Below are positions 19,801 to 29,961 of a DNA stretch of 55,454 nucleotides, one piece after another (the stretch's first letter is position 1; each line of letters starts with the position of its first letter). This DNA is from a virus (lineage: Duplodnaviria; Caudoviricetes), in the IMG/VR virus record IMGVR_UViG_3300048687_000048, positions 1 through 55,454 of that record, one strand, 5' to 3'. Made by a program: the position numbers and the translations under genes. The notes beneath the pieces were generated by a model. The model worked only from the letters and a program-made list of their open reading frames with translations, was not told the DNA's origin and did not search any database.

Positions 19801-22729
19801 CGAGCCGTCGGCTGCTGGCAACCCGCCAGGGCCGAACATCAACGTGAACCTCCCCGGCATGGAGGGGGCGGCACGGGTCATCGACTCGGTGAAGGACGCC
19901 CTCAACGGCCTCAAGGCGGCGTTGCGGGACATGGGCTGGCAGACGGCAGGCTCCGGGCTCAACTCGATGCTCGACGGCATCACCCGCAAGGCCACGCAGA
20001 CCGCTGATGCTCTCGGCAAGGCAGCGGCTGCCGCCAACTCAGGGTCGTTCGCCGGTGGTGGGGGCGGCGGTGGAGGCGGAGGCGGCGGTGGTGGCGGAGG
20101 CGGAGGCGGGGGAGGTGGCGGCGGTGGAGGCTGGCTCGCCCCGGCCCTCGCCAGTGCTGGTGGTGCCAGTGCGGTAGCACCCACGGCCTCGGTCCCGCCG
20201 GCTGGCATGGACCTGACCCAGAACATGGTCGGCCAGGGTGGGCAGGGCGACTTCTCCAAGGCCGTGGCGCTGTTCCCGTTGCGCTTCATGCGGGACCAGA
20301 TCAACACCAACCGGGCCAACGTGCTGACCCAGTCAGCGGCCTTCGGCCGGCAGGGCTTCGCCACCCACACGATCGACCAGTCGTTCCAGAACCAGTTGGC
20401 GACGCTGCCCGGCTCGGTGCTCGGCACGGTGTCCGATCAGCTTGAGTTGTTCGGCCAGGCCCCGCAGTACGGCGCCATGTACGGCTGGGGCACGGGCGCC
20501 AATGCACCACGCACACGGGGCTACCTGGAGAGCGTGCGCCAGGCCCAGATGATCAACCCCGGCGCTCCGGTCGGGCAGTTGGCGCAGATGTTCGGTGAGC
20601 AGGGTGAGGCCCCTCGCCAGCGCCAGGCCCAGGTGATGTCCGGCGGCGCCTTCGGTCTGGTCAAGAGCGGTGGCGGACAGAAGACGCTGCAGGAGTGGGC
20701 GGAGTCCATCCTGCGCTGGTTCGAAGGCCTCCGTGGGGGCAGCGACCGGGGCAAGGCGTTCAGCTACGGCCAGTTGATGGCCCAGTACTTCCCTGGCTCC
20801 AACATCGACGCCTGGTTCGACGCCAACGCCGTCACCCCGGACATGAAGTCGTACTGGTGGAGCTACGCCCTGGCGAAGACCCAGAACGGCAACGCCGACA
20901 CGCAGTCCGAGTTCGACATCACCCCGCAGACCGAGTCGCTGGCCCAGAACCGGCTGCGGGCCACCACGGCCACGACGATTGGACAGTTCCAACTCGGCGG
21001 CACCATGGGCGGCGCCTACAACAACCGTGAGCAGGCCAACCGGTGGTTCGGCGAGATGATGTCGTCGTTCATCAACCGTGTGATACCGAGCGCCACGTCC
21101 AAGGGACCGCTGGCCTCGATGCAGTACATGCCCGACACCATCGAGTCCATCCTCATGACGATGATGGAGAACTCCGGCAAGTTCGGAGAGGTGCTGGGCG
21201 GGATCGTCGGCTACGGCGGAGCGACCGGCGGGGCTGGTGAATGGCTCAAGGGCGCTGCCAACTGGGGCCTCGACGCCATCGACCCGCTCGGTCTGGTGCC
21301 CGGCAACACCGGTCGCTTCGGCATCGACCTGCCCGACGTCGGCAACCTGTGGGACGCCATCACGCCCGGCGACTACGACGTCGGTGACTACGGGACGATG
21401 GGTGGCACCACCACGGCCGGCATGCACCCCGACATGCAGCGCAAGGTCGGGGCGATGATGCGGGACAACCCCCGGCTCAAGATCAATAGCGGGCTACGGG
21501 ACAACGCCATGCAGCAGCGTCTCAAGAAGCGAGGCGTGGGGCGAGTCTCAGGTCGGCCCTCGGCTCACACCAGCGGCATGGCTGCCGACATGGGTCCCAG
21601 GGACCAGTACGGCTGGATCTCCAAGAACGCTCACCGCTACGGCCTCAAGTCGGGCAAGAACAAGGGCGAGCCGTGGCACGTCGGCATGGGTGACATGGCG
21701 AGCCCGTGGGTCGGTGACTACGACGTCGGAGACATGCCCGACATCATCAGCGCCATCAAGGACCTGTTCACCGGCAGCGATCCGATCAGCGGCATCTCCG
21801 GGATCGCCACGCCGATCTTCGAACTGCTCGGGGGCCTCATGGCGGACGGTGACGCCGACCTCTCCAAGCTGGCCTACAAGGGCGACGTCTACTTCCAGTT
21901 GTACGAGAAGAGCAAGCAGGTCACCTACGGCAAGGGCCTCGTCGCTCGGGTGCTGGAGAGCTTCGCTGACGTGATGAGCGGTGGCGGTGGTGGCAACCTC
22001 GCCTCGGGCACGTCCACGGCGGGAGCCGGCGGGGGTGGCGCTCGTGGTGCCGCCTACAACATGTTCGAGTCGGCGCCGCCCAACATCATGCAGGCGATGT
22101 CGTCGGGCGACGAGATGACCCGAGGCAAGGCCGTGGCGCAGGCCATGTACCAGGCCGGCTTCCGGGGCCAGGACCTCAAGAACATGACGGCCATCGCCTA
22201 CCGGGAGAGCCACTGGACGTCCAACGAGTCGTCCTCGTGGGTGGAGGACTCCGATGACGTCGGCGGTGGCTTGCTCGGCATCAACCAGTTGCCGTTCATC
22301 AACGCCGGCAAGACGCCGCCCTACACCAAGGGTGACATCCTCGACCCCTACATCAACGCCCGCATCGCCTACGACATGTTCACCCGCAGCCCGGAGGCCA
22401 AGGGTCGCATCGGTGGTGGTCCCAGCGGCTACACCCCGTGGGACTTCCCTGGCGCCCAGAACTGGCAGTACAAGGTGCCCTTCGACAAGGGCGCCGCAGC
22501 GGTGCAGGCCGCTGGGCTCGGGGACATCGATCCCGGTGCTCGCTACGACTACATGATGCCGTTGCCCACGCAACAACAGAAGGGACAGGTCGTCGAGTTC
22601 CACAACACGTTCCAAGTCGGTACCGGCGTATCAAACAGCGGTAGCGGTATCGACCTCCGCCGCACGGCGAGCACGATCGCTGATCACCTGGAGAACGAGA
22701 TGAAGCAGCGACTGCAGAGGGTGTCGTGA
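19793..22729 (+). CDS. Tape measure protein with M15-like peptidase and lytic transglycosylase domains
   Basis: Position after the chaperone. INSGLR...SAHTSGMAADM...EPWHV is an M15/VanY-type Zn motif; AIAYRES...GLLGINQ...DPYINAR...PW is SLT-like. Confidence 0.8.
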   Translation: MPDEPSAAGNPPGPNINVNLPGMEGAARVIDSVKDALNGLKAALRDMGWQTAGSGLNSMLDGITRKATQTADALGKAAAAANSGSFAGGGGGGGGGGGGGGGGGGGGGGGGGGWLAPALASAGGASAVAPTASVPPAGMDLTQNMVGQGGQGDFSKAVALFPLRFMRDQINTNRANVLTQSAAFGRQGFATHTIDQSFQNQLATLPGSVLGTVSDQLELFGQAPQYGAMYGWGTGANAPRTRGYLESVRQAQMINPGAPVGQLAQMFGEQGEAPRQRQAQVMSGGAFGLVKSGGGQKTLQEWAESILRWFEGLRGGSDRGKAFSYGQLMAQYFPGSNIDAWFDANAVTPDMKSYWWSYALAKTQNGNADTQSEFDITPQTESLAQNRLRATTATTIGQFQLGGTMGGAYNNREQANRWFGEMMSSFINRVIPSATSKGPLASMQYMPDTIESILMTMMENSGKFGEVLGGIVGYGGATGGAGEWLKGAANWGLDAIDPLGLVPGNTGRFGIDLPDVGNLWDAITPGDYDVGDYGTMGGTTTAGMHPDMQRKVGAMMRDNPRLKINSGLRDNAMQQRLKKRGVGRVSGRPSAHTSGMAADMGPRDQYGWISKNAHRYGLKSGKNKGEPWHVGMGDMASPWVGDYDVGDMPDIISAIKDLFTGSDPISGISGIATPIFELLGGLMADGDADLSKLAYKGDVYFQLYEKSKQVTYGKGLVARVLESFADVMSGGGGGNLASGTSTAGAGGGGARGAAYNMFESAPPNIMQAMSSGDEMTRGKAVAQAMYQAGFRGQDLKNMTAIAYRESHWTSNESSSWVEDSDDVGGGLLGINQLPFINAGKTPPYTKGDILDPYINARIAYDMFTRSPEAKGRIGGGPSGYTPWDFPGAQNWQYKVPFDKGAAAVQAAGLGDIDPGARYDYMMPLPTQQQKGQVVEFHNTFQVGTGVSNSGSGIDLRRTASTIADHLENEMKQRLQRVS
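20054..20131 (+). repeat. Poly-glycine (GGN)x26 tract in the tape measure gene
   Basis: Mixed GGT/GGC/GGA/GGG codons, in frame. Confidence 0.9.
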
Positions 22730-24246
22730 CATACAAGTACGGGATCAAGAACGTCTACCGGCCGTCGCAGTTGGCGCCCAAGGCCTACGGCTGGTCGAGC
22801 GCTCCGCCCTACAGCCGGGCCGACGTGCCCACGGCGCTGATGGACCGACCGTCCAACCTCACCGCTGACCAGTTCGCCCAGCAGTTCGCCTACGAGTGGT
22901 TCCAGAGCGGCGAGACGGCGATGGGCTTGAGCAATCCGCCGTTCGTCAGCGGTGCCGCCGGCCGGCTGATGCCGTTCCTCCAGGAGGGCACTGGGGCACC
23001 GGCTCGCATCCTGCGGGGTTACATCCGCCGCTCCCAGTTCGACGCCGGGGATGCCGTGAGCAAGGCCCGGCTCTACTTCATGTACAACCCCGAGACGATC
23101 AGCCGGGACTACGTGAGCTACCTCGACCAGGGTGCGCTGGACCCCTTCAACACCGTGTACCAGAGCGGCAACCTGGTGGCGCCGCCGAGCATTCTCGACT
23201 TCTCCTTCGACCTCTTTTTCGACCGCCAGGAGGAGGCCACCCAGCGCAGCCACCCCGGCGTGTTCGTGGACTACCAGTTCTTCGACCTCGTGGTCCGCAA
23301 CGTGGTACCCACCGACGTCAACCAGTCCAGCAACACGCTGCCCGACAACGGCGTGATGATGGTCAACCCCCGCAACATCACGGTGGTGTTCAGCCCGCAG
23401 TTGACGGTGGAGGGCCGGCCGCTCAACGCCAGGGTGACCTTTGAGAAGTTCACCCATCGGATGACCCCCATCCGCATGCGTATCTCACTGACGATGCGTG
23501 CGGTGTACATGGGGCCGGTCAAGGACATGACCGAGTACAAGGCCGAGGTGTTCGCCGCCGAGACGGCGGTGCCCGTCAGCGAGGTCGTCAACCCGCCCTA
23601 CATCTGGAACATGGAGGGCCTGCAGGCGATCCGAGACGAATGGGCAGCCAACCCCTTGGGGGCAGCGGCGTCCACCAACTCGGCCACCCAGAACTTCGGG
23701 ACCCAGCAGAGCTACGCCAACACCAACAACGGCCAGGCCCGCAAGAACGCTCTCGACTACGCCAAGGCCCACGTCGTGGAGGGCACCACCAAGTACGCCT
23801 CGACGGGCTCTGGCCTGGGCCGGGCCAACCTGCCCACGTCGGCGGAGTGCTCGGGCCTGGTGTGCTCGTGCTACAAGGCGGTGGGCCTCTCGGACGGGAT
23901 GAACTGGAGCGACCTGCCGGGCACCGCCGTGATCATCTCCCGGCTCAACGCCAGCAACTGGAAGAACGCCCAGCGCTTCTCCTACGACGACATCTACGCC
24001 GGCAAGCTGGAGTACGGCGACATCATCATGCGGCCCGGTCACATCCGCTGGTTCGAGAAGTACGAGGGCGGCACAGCCATCCGGGTCTTCGACGCCGCTT
24101 CGGCCACGTCCAACCCACAGGTCGGCTCCCGTGTGCAGAACTCCAAGCTGACCACCGACTACTTCGCCTTCCGTCCGATGCCGTTGGGGGCCGACATGTC
24201 ATACAACGCCACCAACAACCCGACCTCCAGCACTGGCCCCCGCTGA
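22726..24246 (+). CDS. Tube-initiator/baseplate protein fused to an NlpC/P60-like amidase
   Basis: LYFMYNPETI and FDLFFDR (tube-initiator-like); ECSGLV...GDIIMRPGHI (NlpC/P60 Cys-His). Confidence 0.7.
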   Translation: MTYKYGIKNVYRPSQLAPKAYGWSSAPPYSRADVPTALMDRPSNLTADQFAQQFAYEWFQSGETAMGLSNPPFVSGAAGRLMPFLQEGTGAPARILRGYIRRSQFDAGDAVSKARLYFMYNPETISRDYVSYLDQGALDPFNTVYQSGNLVAPPSILDFSFDLFFDRQEEATQRSHPGVFVDYQFFDLVVRNVVPTDVNQSSNTLPDNGVMMVNPRNITVVFSPQLTVEGRPLNARVTFEKFTHRMTPIRMRISLTMRAVYMGPVKDMTEYKAEVFAAETAVPVSEVVNPPYIWNMEGLQAIRDEWAANPLGAAASTNSATQNFGTQQSYANTNNGQARKNALDYAKAHVVEGTTKYASTGSGLGRANLPTSAECSGLVCSCYKAVGLSDGMNWSDLPGTAVIISRLNASNWKNAQRFSYDDIYAGKLEYGDIIMRPGHIRWFEKYEGGTAIRVFDAASATSNPQVGSRVQNSKLTTDYFAFRPMPLGADMSYNATNNPTSSTGPR

Positions 24247-24581
24247 TGGCCGTGCAGCCTGGATCCCGCTACGAGGATGCCGAGCACCAGTTCGCCGGCA
24301 AGCACTTCTACGACTCCTGGGGCCACCCCCTGCTGATCAACGAGGACTCCACGCTGCGGGTCTGGAACACCAGCGTGGACACGCTCTACATGCTCACCAC
24401 TTTGCCCCTCCCGCCCCCACCGCCGGCCGAGTACTACGCCAAGGAGAGCGAGCACTTCCCGTTCCTGGCCTTCAAGTTCATGCAGGACTCCACCCGCTGG
24501 TGGGAGATCGCTGAGGTCAACCCCGGCGTGTGGTACCCGCTCGACCTGGAGGCCGGGATGTATCTGCGGGTGCCGTCATGA
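24246..24581 (+). CDS. LysM/gpX-like baseplate protein
   Basis: TGATG coupling; SRYE N-terminus; LAFKFMQDSTRWWEIAEVNP...G.YLRVP. Confidence 0.75.
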   Translation: MAVQPGSRYEDAEHQFAGKHFYDSWGHPLLINEDSTLRVWNTSVDTLYMLTTLPLPPPPPAEYYAKESEHFPFLAFKFMQDSTRWWEIAEVNPGVWYPLDLEAGMYLRVPS

Positions 24582-25753
24582 GCATGATGGACCTGCTGTC
24601 GGCGCCGACCGCCCGCTCGACCAGGGGTCGAGTGCCGATGTTCCGCCCGCTGCTCGACGGCGAGGAGTTCGACGTCACCTTCCAGGAGGCAGCGATGCAG
24701 ATGGGCGAGGGCGCCCACGACACCGTGCTGGCCCAATGCACGTCGTCCTCGCTGACCAACGTCGATGGCATCCTCAACTCGACCATCAGCTTCTACTGGG
24801 GTCAGGCACCCCGCACCGAGTTGTTCTGTGGCTACGTCGTCGGCGTCGGCATCACCAAGTCCGGTGAGGGCTCGCTGAGCTTCGGGCTGATCATCCTCGG
24901 TGTCACCAAGGTGCTGCAGGCGGGCAAGCCCCGCTTCTGGACCCACAAGAGCGTGCCCTCGGCCATCACGGCGCTGGCCTACTCCAACAACCTCGGCGTG
25001 CACACCCATCCCCATGACTACCTGTGGGGCTCGATGGCCCAGACCAGCCAGTCGGACTGGCAGATGCTGGACATCCAGGTGGGTCGCCTGGGCTGGAGCG
25101 TCTACAACCGATATGGTGTGATACAGGCGTATGACGCACTGCAGTTGTTCCAGGAGTCGGGCTCGTACTGCACCCTCCAGTCGTCACAGGACCAGGACTT
25201 CGACCCCACCGCCGAGCGCCGGCTGATCGAGTTCAGTCCCAGCGAGGACTCCGACGAGACGCCCGACTCGATGGGTACCAAGGTCGCCTACTTCACCGAC
25301 CGCAACGACATCCAGGTCACCAAGCAGTTGGGCGACCACACCAAGTACAAGTTCGTGACCGACTGGGTGCTGCGGAACGCCGACGAGGCGACGCTCTACG
25401 CCAACGCCCCGACATCCAAGCCGGGGACGTGGGACCAGCGGGCCACGGCTCGCATCTGGGGTGACTCCGACATCTACCCCGGCATGTGCGTGGACGTCAT
25501 CACCTCCAACAACACGTACCTCCGTAACAAGTACGACGGACGCTGGCTGGTCACTGACGTGCAGCACAAGATGGACCGCCAGAGCTTCCAGACGCAGTTG
25601 AACCTGGCCCGGCCGGCGAGTGATACACGGGTATCCCAGGACTCGTACCGCTCGTTCTGGTCGATCGCCAACAAGCCCCGCCCTGGGCTGTCCCTCCAAG
25701 ACGGGCAGTGGGTGTCCTCGTGGACCGACCCGAGAGTGCAAAGCGTCCTATGA
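24578..25753 (+). CDS. Baseplate hub protein (gpD/gp27-like)
   Basis: FCGYV, Q..QSDWQML and GD..IYPG...DGRWLVTDVQH motifs; gene order. Confidence 0.7.
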   Translation: MSMMDLLSAPTARSTRGRVPMFRPLLDGEEFDVTFQEAAMQMGEGAHDTVLAQCTSSSLTNVDGILNSTISFYWGQAPRTELFCGYVVGVGITKSGEGSLSFGLIILGVTKVLQAGKPRFWTHKSVPSAITALAYSNNLGVHTHPHDYLWGSMAQTSQSDWQMLDIQVGRLGWSVYNRYGVIQAYDALQLFQESGSYCTLQSSQDQDFDPTAERRLIEFSPSEDSDETPDSMGTKVAYFTDRNDIQVTKQLGDHTKYKFVTDWVLRNADEATLYANAPTSKPGTWDQRATARIWGDSDIYPGMCVDVITSNNTYLRNKYDGRWLVTDVQHKMDRQSFQTQLNLARPASDTRVSQDSYRSFWSIANKPRPGLSLQDGQWVSSWTDPRVQSVL

Positions 25754-26187
25754 GAGCGATCCAGTACCCCTTCCGCCTCGACCGCAACAAGAACGTGGCT
25801 GAGTGCACGAGCTACGACGATGTGGTCCGAGGTCAGGTCATCGACGCCCTGATGACCAACCAGGGCGAGCGGGTCTTCCGCCCCCGCTACGGCTGCGACG
25901 TGCAGGCGGCGCTGTTCGATCCCACCGACGAGTTGGTGCGCCGGGACGCTGCGGCGTTCCTCAAGACCAAGCTGGAGAACACGGTGACCCGAGCCATCAT
26001 CCGCTCGGTCACCCTCGACACCCGGCAGGGGTTCGTGTCCCCCACCCCGATGTACATCAGTGATCCCTCGGCCGTGATCATCACGGTCGTCTACCGGGCC
26101 TCGCTGTACGCCACCGACACCACGCTCAACATCCCAGTGGCCTCGGAGTTCGTCCGTCGCCAACTTGAAGGAGGGGTCTTCGAATGA
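25750..26187 (+). CDS. Baseplate wedge protein gp25/GPW
   Basis: AIQYPFR...LMTNQGERVFRPRYGC..QAALFDP. Confidence 0.9.
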   Translation: MRAIQYPFRLDRNKNVAECTSYDDVVRGQVIDALMTNQGERVFRPRYGCDVQAALFDPTDELVRRDAAAFLKTKLENTVTRAIIRSVTLDTRQGFVSPTPMYISDPSAVIITVVYRASLYATDTTLNIPVASEFVRRQLEGGVFE

Positions 26188-28076
26188 GTGATACAGGGAT
26201 CCTCGTCTCCCTGGAGGATGAGGACGCCTATCGCTCCAGCGTCGTCCTCGACTACACCAGCCGGGACTTCACCGCCATCCGTGCCCAGTTGGTCGGCCTG
26301 GCCCAAGGCCTCATGCCCGACTGGGAGACGGTCGGTGAGGCCAGTGACTTCGGGACGCTCCTGCTGGAGTTGTTCAGCTACATGGGCGACGTCATGCACT
26401 TCTACATCGACCGTACGGCGTCGGAGGCGTTCCTCGGTACGGCGCTACGCCGGCAGAGCGTGCTCTACATCGCTGACATGCTGGGATACCGCCCTATCGG
26501 GCAACAGGCAGCCTCGGTCAACGTCGAGTTCACGCTCGACAGCAACGCCACGGCGTCGGTCACCATCCCCTCCGGGGCTCGGGTCTACAACGAGGCCAAC
26601 AGCGCCGATGACCTCGTCGTCTTCGAGACGAACGTGCCGGTGACGATCGCTCCCGGTGAGACGCAGTCGGTGTTCACCACCGAGGGCATCACCCAGCACG
26701 ATCGCCTGCTCGGTGTGAGCAAGGGCGCCCCCAACGCCGAGTACGTCATCCCCGACAAGGGCGTGGTGTTCAACACGGTGAGCATCCGCTCCAACGAGGC
26801 CGGCCAGACGCTGCCGTGGGCCTTCGTCACCGACCTCTCGCTGGCCCGTCCCACGCAGCCGGCGTTCACCACGTTCCTGGACGACGCCGACTTCACCCAC
26901 GTCATCTTCGGAGACAACGCCGCCGGGCGCATCCCACCAACCAACGCCGAACTGTTCGTAACATACAGGTTCGGTCGAGGGGCGATGGCGAACGACCTGT
27001 CCTCCGACGCCATCAACTCGCTGGCGGCGTCCTCGGTGCCCGGCGTGGACCTGTGGGGGGTGACCGTCCGCAACCCGGAGAGCCCGACCGGTGGCACCGA
27101 CCCGGAGAGCGTGGACGCCATGCGCCAGTCGATCCCCCGTGCCGCTGCCCGCATCAAGAGCCGGGCCGTGACGCTCAACGACTACGCCGATCTGGCGATG
27201 CAGGTGCCCGGTGTCGCCAAGTCGGTGGCCCATGGCACGGTGTACACGGCCGTGCACGTCCGTATCGCTCCCACCGGGGGTGTCGCCAGCACCGACACGA
27301 TGAGCCGGCTGATCGCCTCGGTCGAGGACTACATGAAGGACAAGATCATCGTCGGCTCGACGGTGTACGCCGACCCCGATGACATCGAGGACCTGTGGCA
27401 GAACGTCTACGTGCGGGTGCTCGTGCACGTCACCGAGGGCTTCAACCGCACCAGCGTGCGGCTGCAGGTGGAGACGGTGATCCGCCAGTTGCTCAGCTTC
27501 AACGCCGTGGACTTCGGTACGGCGATCACGATCGGCAAGATCTACCGGGCAGCGCTGGCCGTGCAGGGCGTGGACTACGCCGAGTTGATGTGGCTCAACA
27601 CCACTGAGCCCACGCTGGCCCAGGACAAGGTGATGGCGCCGATCACCACCAACTTGGACCCGACGCCGAACTCGCCCAACATCCTCGACGTCCACACCGA
27701 TCCGCTGCTGATCCCCCGCATCAAGCCGCCGATGGTGATCAAGACGGCCACGGTGACCAACAAGGCGCTGACCACCAACGTCGCCACCCTCACCACGGCG
27801 GCGGCGCACAACCTGACCACCGGCAGCATCATCGACGTGTCCGGCGTGGACGCCGTCTTCAACGGCCGCTACACGGTGGCCTCGGCACCCACGGCGACCA
27901 CGCTGACCTACGCCAAGACCAACGCCAACATCACCGCCGTGGCCTCTGTCGGCACGGTGACACCGGTCGATCCGCATGCTCCCGAGTTGGAGACGGACTT
28001 CCCCGGCCTCGATGAGGTGGAGCGCACCCACGACGGCCTGTGGGTCTGGGCCGAGGGTGGTGTTCCGGGAACGTGA
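26184..28076 (+). CDS. Baseplate wedge protein (baseplate J / gp6-like)
   Basis: DYTSRDF, SDFGTLLLELFSYMGD, FGDN..GRIP and GG.DPES...RAVTLNDY motifs. Confidence 0.9.
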   Translation: MSDTGILVSLEDEDAYRSSVVLDYTSRDFTAIRAQLVGLAQGLMPDWETVGEASDFGTLLLELFSYMGDVMHFYIDRTASEAFLGTALRRQSVLYIADMLGYRPIGQQAASVNVEFTLDSNATASVTIPSGARVYNEANSADDLVVFETNVPVTIAPGETQSVFTTEGITQHDRLLGVSKGAPNAEYVIPDKGVVFNTVSIRSNEAGQTLPWAFVTDLSLARPTQPAFTTFLDDADFTHVIFGDNAAGRIPPTNAELFVTYRFGRGAMANDLSSDAINSLAASSVPGVDLWGVTVRNPESPTGGTDPESVDAMRQSIPRAAARIKSRAVTLNDYADLAMQVPGVAKSVAHGTVYTAVHVRIAPTGGVASTDTMSRLIASVEDYMKDKIIVGSTVYADPDDIEDLWQNVYVRVLVHVTEGFNRTSVRLQVETVIRQLLSFNAVDFGTAITIGKIYRAALAVQGVDYAELMWLNTTEPTLAQDKVMAPITTNLDPTPNSPNILDVHTDPLLIPRIKPPMVIKTATVTNKALTTNVATLTTAAAHNLTTGSIIDVSGVDAVFNGRYTVASAPTATTLTYAKTNANITAVASVGTVTPVDPHAPELETDFPGLDEVERTHDGLWVWAEGGVPGT

Positions 28077-28309
28077 TCGATCTCATCCGTCGTCTGGCGC
28101 TGCCGATCGCCATCACCTCGATCGTCGTCAACGGGCTCATGCTCGTCGTCTCGGCAATCATCTGGTGGCTGGCGATCATCAACGGATGGCTGGACTCGGT
28201 GGAGTTCGTCTCTCACGTCTCGATGCTGGCGCTCGTGTTCTCGGCCGTGAGCGGTGTCGCCGCTGCGGTGGCTGGCGTGCTGGCTCTCGTACCGACTGAG
28301 GAGTTGTAG
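28073..28309 (+). CDS. Small two-transmembrane protein
   Basis: GTGA overlap with the upstream stop; two hydrophobic helices; its stop overlaps the next start. Confidence 0.6.
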   Translation: MIDLIRRLALPIAITSIVVNGLMLVVSAIIWWLAIINGWLDSVEFVSHVSMLALVFSAVSGVAAAVAGVLALVPTEEL

Positions 28310-29961
28310 TGGTAGCGCACGCACTGAGCGGCACCTCTGGCGGGTCGGCCACCGCTACCGGGAACCTGCGAGTCCCTGGCAACGACAACTGGTGGCCGGC
28401 GGACTACGCCAACCCGGCCTTCCAGGTCCAGCGCCAGGAGTACGGCCTAGCGCTCGGCGGCGACTACGTCCGTGGCTCGACGGTGGCGACGCTGCCCCAG
28501 ACGGCACTGCGCTACCCGACCGCCACCAAGGGCTACGACCTCGTCCGCAGCAAGGGCTACCTGACGATCCGCCCCTTCGACTACTTCACGGCGGAGATCG
28601 CCTGGGGCTGGCCGGTGGGTGTCACCGAGGCGTGGCTGGAGGTGGCGTTGGTGCGCTCCGGCTTCGGTGACCCGGTGACGGTGAACGATGGCGAGACGGT
28701 GCTGTACGGCAACCGTGCTGCCTTCACCGCCGACGCCTCGCTGATCCCGCCGCCGATCGTGTACGACCAGCCGCTGCAGCCGGGCCACTGGTACTACTAC
28801 TCGCTGTTCTTCAAGACGACGCCGCTGGACTGGGTGCGGGCGATGACCGGCAACGTGCTGATCCCCCGCAACTACCACCACGCCGAGCACCTGTGGGACG
28901 CCGTGCCGCCCTTCTACCAGACCACCGACTCCAACCTGCGGGAAGGTGAGGGTCCGCTGCGGCAGTTCCTCAGCGTCTTCGGCTTCGAACTGGACCAGAC
29001 CCGTGCCTACGTGGAGTCGTGGCAGCAGTCGTATCACATCGACACGTCACCGATGGCGTTGCTCAAGCGGGTGGGCGAGAACTTCGGTGAGCCCTACGCC
29101 GCCGGTATCGGTGCCATCCGATACCGGGGTTTGCTCGCAGCCCTGCCCGAGGCGCTGTCGATGCGAGGCACCACGGCGGCGCTGCACCAGATCATCGAGG
29201 CGTCGTCCAAGTACGACTGCGACATCACGGTCGGCGGCAACCTGCTGTTGCTCCCCGACGACAGCGACTTCTACTACGGCACCGGGTCGTGGGCGGCGCT
29301 GCACCCGAGCACCACCGGCTACCCCAACGCCCACGTCCTGCCGCAGTATGTGTTCATGAGCCCGGCGCCGGCCAGCATGCAGACGGCGCCGACCAACGCT
29401 GGTCGAGGCACGATGGTCGTCACCACGACCAAGGCGCAGGCCACCACCGACCTGGTGATCACCGCTGGCGACGGCCAGAACACGGAGCGGGACATCATTC
29501 CGCTGTACACGGCGGTGCCGGTGGAGCCCAAGAACACCTACGGCTTCTCGATCCAGGTGAAGATGGCGAACCCCTCGGCGGTGTCGCTGGAGATCCTGTG
29601 GTTCGGGGAAGGCGGACAGCCGGCCAACTACATCAGCACCACGGCCGGCACCTCCAGCGCTCCCGCCAACAGCACGGCCTGGTTCACGTACCAGGTGCAG
29701 GGCGCAGCCCCGGCCGGCGCCATCTACATGGTCCCAGCGGTGCGGGTGATCAACCGGATCGCCGGCTCCGACCCCAACTACTCGCCGCCGCTGTACCTGG
29801 CCGGGGCGATGGCCTACCTGCTGGCCCTCGGTGGTGACGTCACCGTGCCGCCGCCCGATTCGTATCTCACGATGGGTGACCCCGCTGAGCAACTGGGTGC
29901 GGCCGACACGACAGGGCATCCGGCCTTCAAGCCCTACATCTTGGGGAGCCCGAACGCATGA
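28309..29961 (+). CDS. Baseplate wedge / P2 gpI-like tail protein with carbohydrate-binding-like domain
   Basis: LWDAVPPFY...LRQFLSVFGFELD...RGT; WYYYSLF; gene order. Confidence 0.65.
   Translation: MVAHALSGTSGGSATATGNLRVPGNDNWWPADYANPAFQVQRQEYGLALGGDYVRGSTVATLPQTALRYPTATKGYDLVRSKGYLTIRPFDYFTAEIAWGWPVGVTEAWLEVALVRSGFGDPVTVNDGETVLYGNRAAFTADASLIPPPIVYDQPLQPGHWYYYSLFFKTTPLDWVRAMTGNVLIPRNYHHAEHLWDAVPPFYQTTDSNLREGEGPLRQFLSVFGFELDQTRAYVESWQQSYHIDTSPMALLKRVGENFGEPYAAGIGAIRYRGLLAALPEALSMRGTTAALHQIIEASSKYDCDITVGGNLLLLPDDSDFYYGTGSWAALHPSTTGYPNAHVLPQYVFMSPAPASMQTAPTNAGRGTMVVTTTKAQATTDLVITAGDGQNTERDIIPLYTAVPVEPKNTYGFSIQVKMANPSAVSLEILWFGEGGQPANYISTTAGTSSAPANSTAWFTYQVQGAAPAGAIYMVPAVRVINRIAGSDPNYSPPLYLAGAMAYLLALGGDVTVPPPDSYLTMGDPAEQLGAADTTGHPAFKPYILGSPNA

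Noticed and set aside
20054-20131. Poly-G/GGN tract as an assembly artefact or phase-variation site
   Set aside because: Codons are mixed and in frame with no long homopolymer, consistent with a selected poly-Gly linker.
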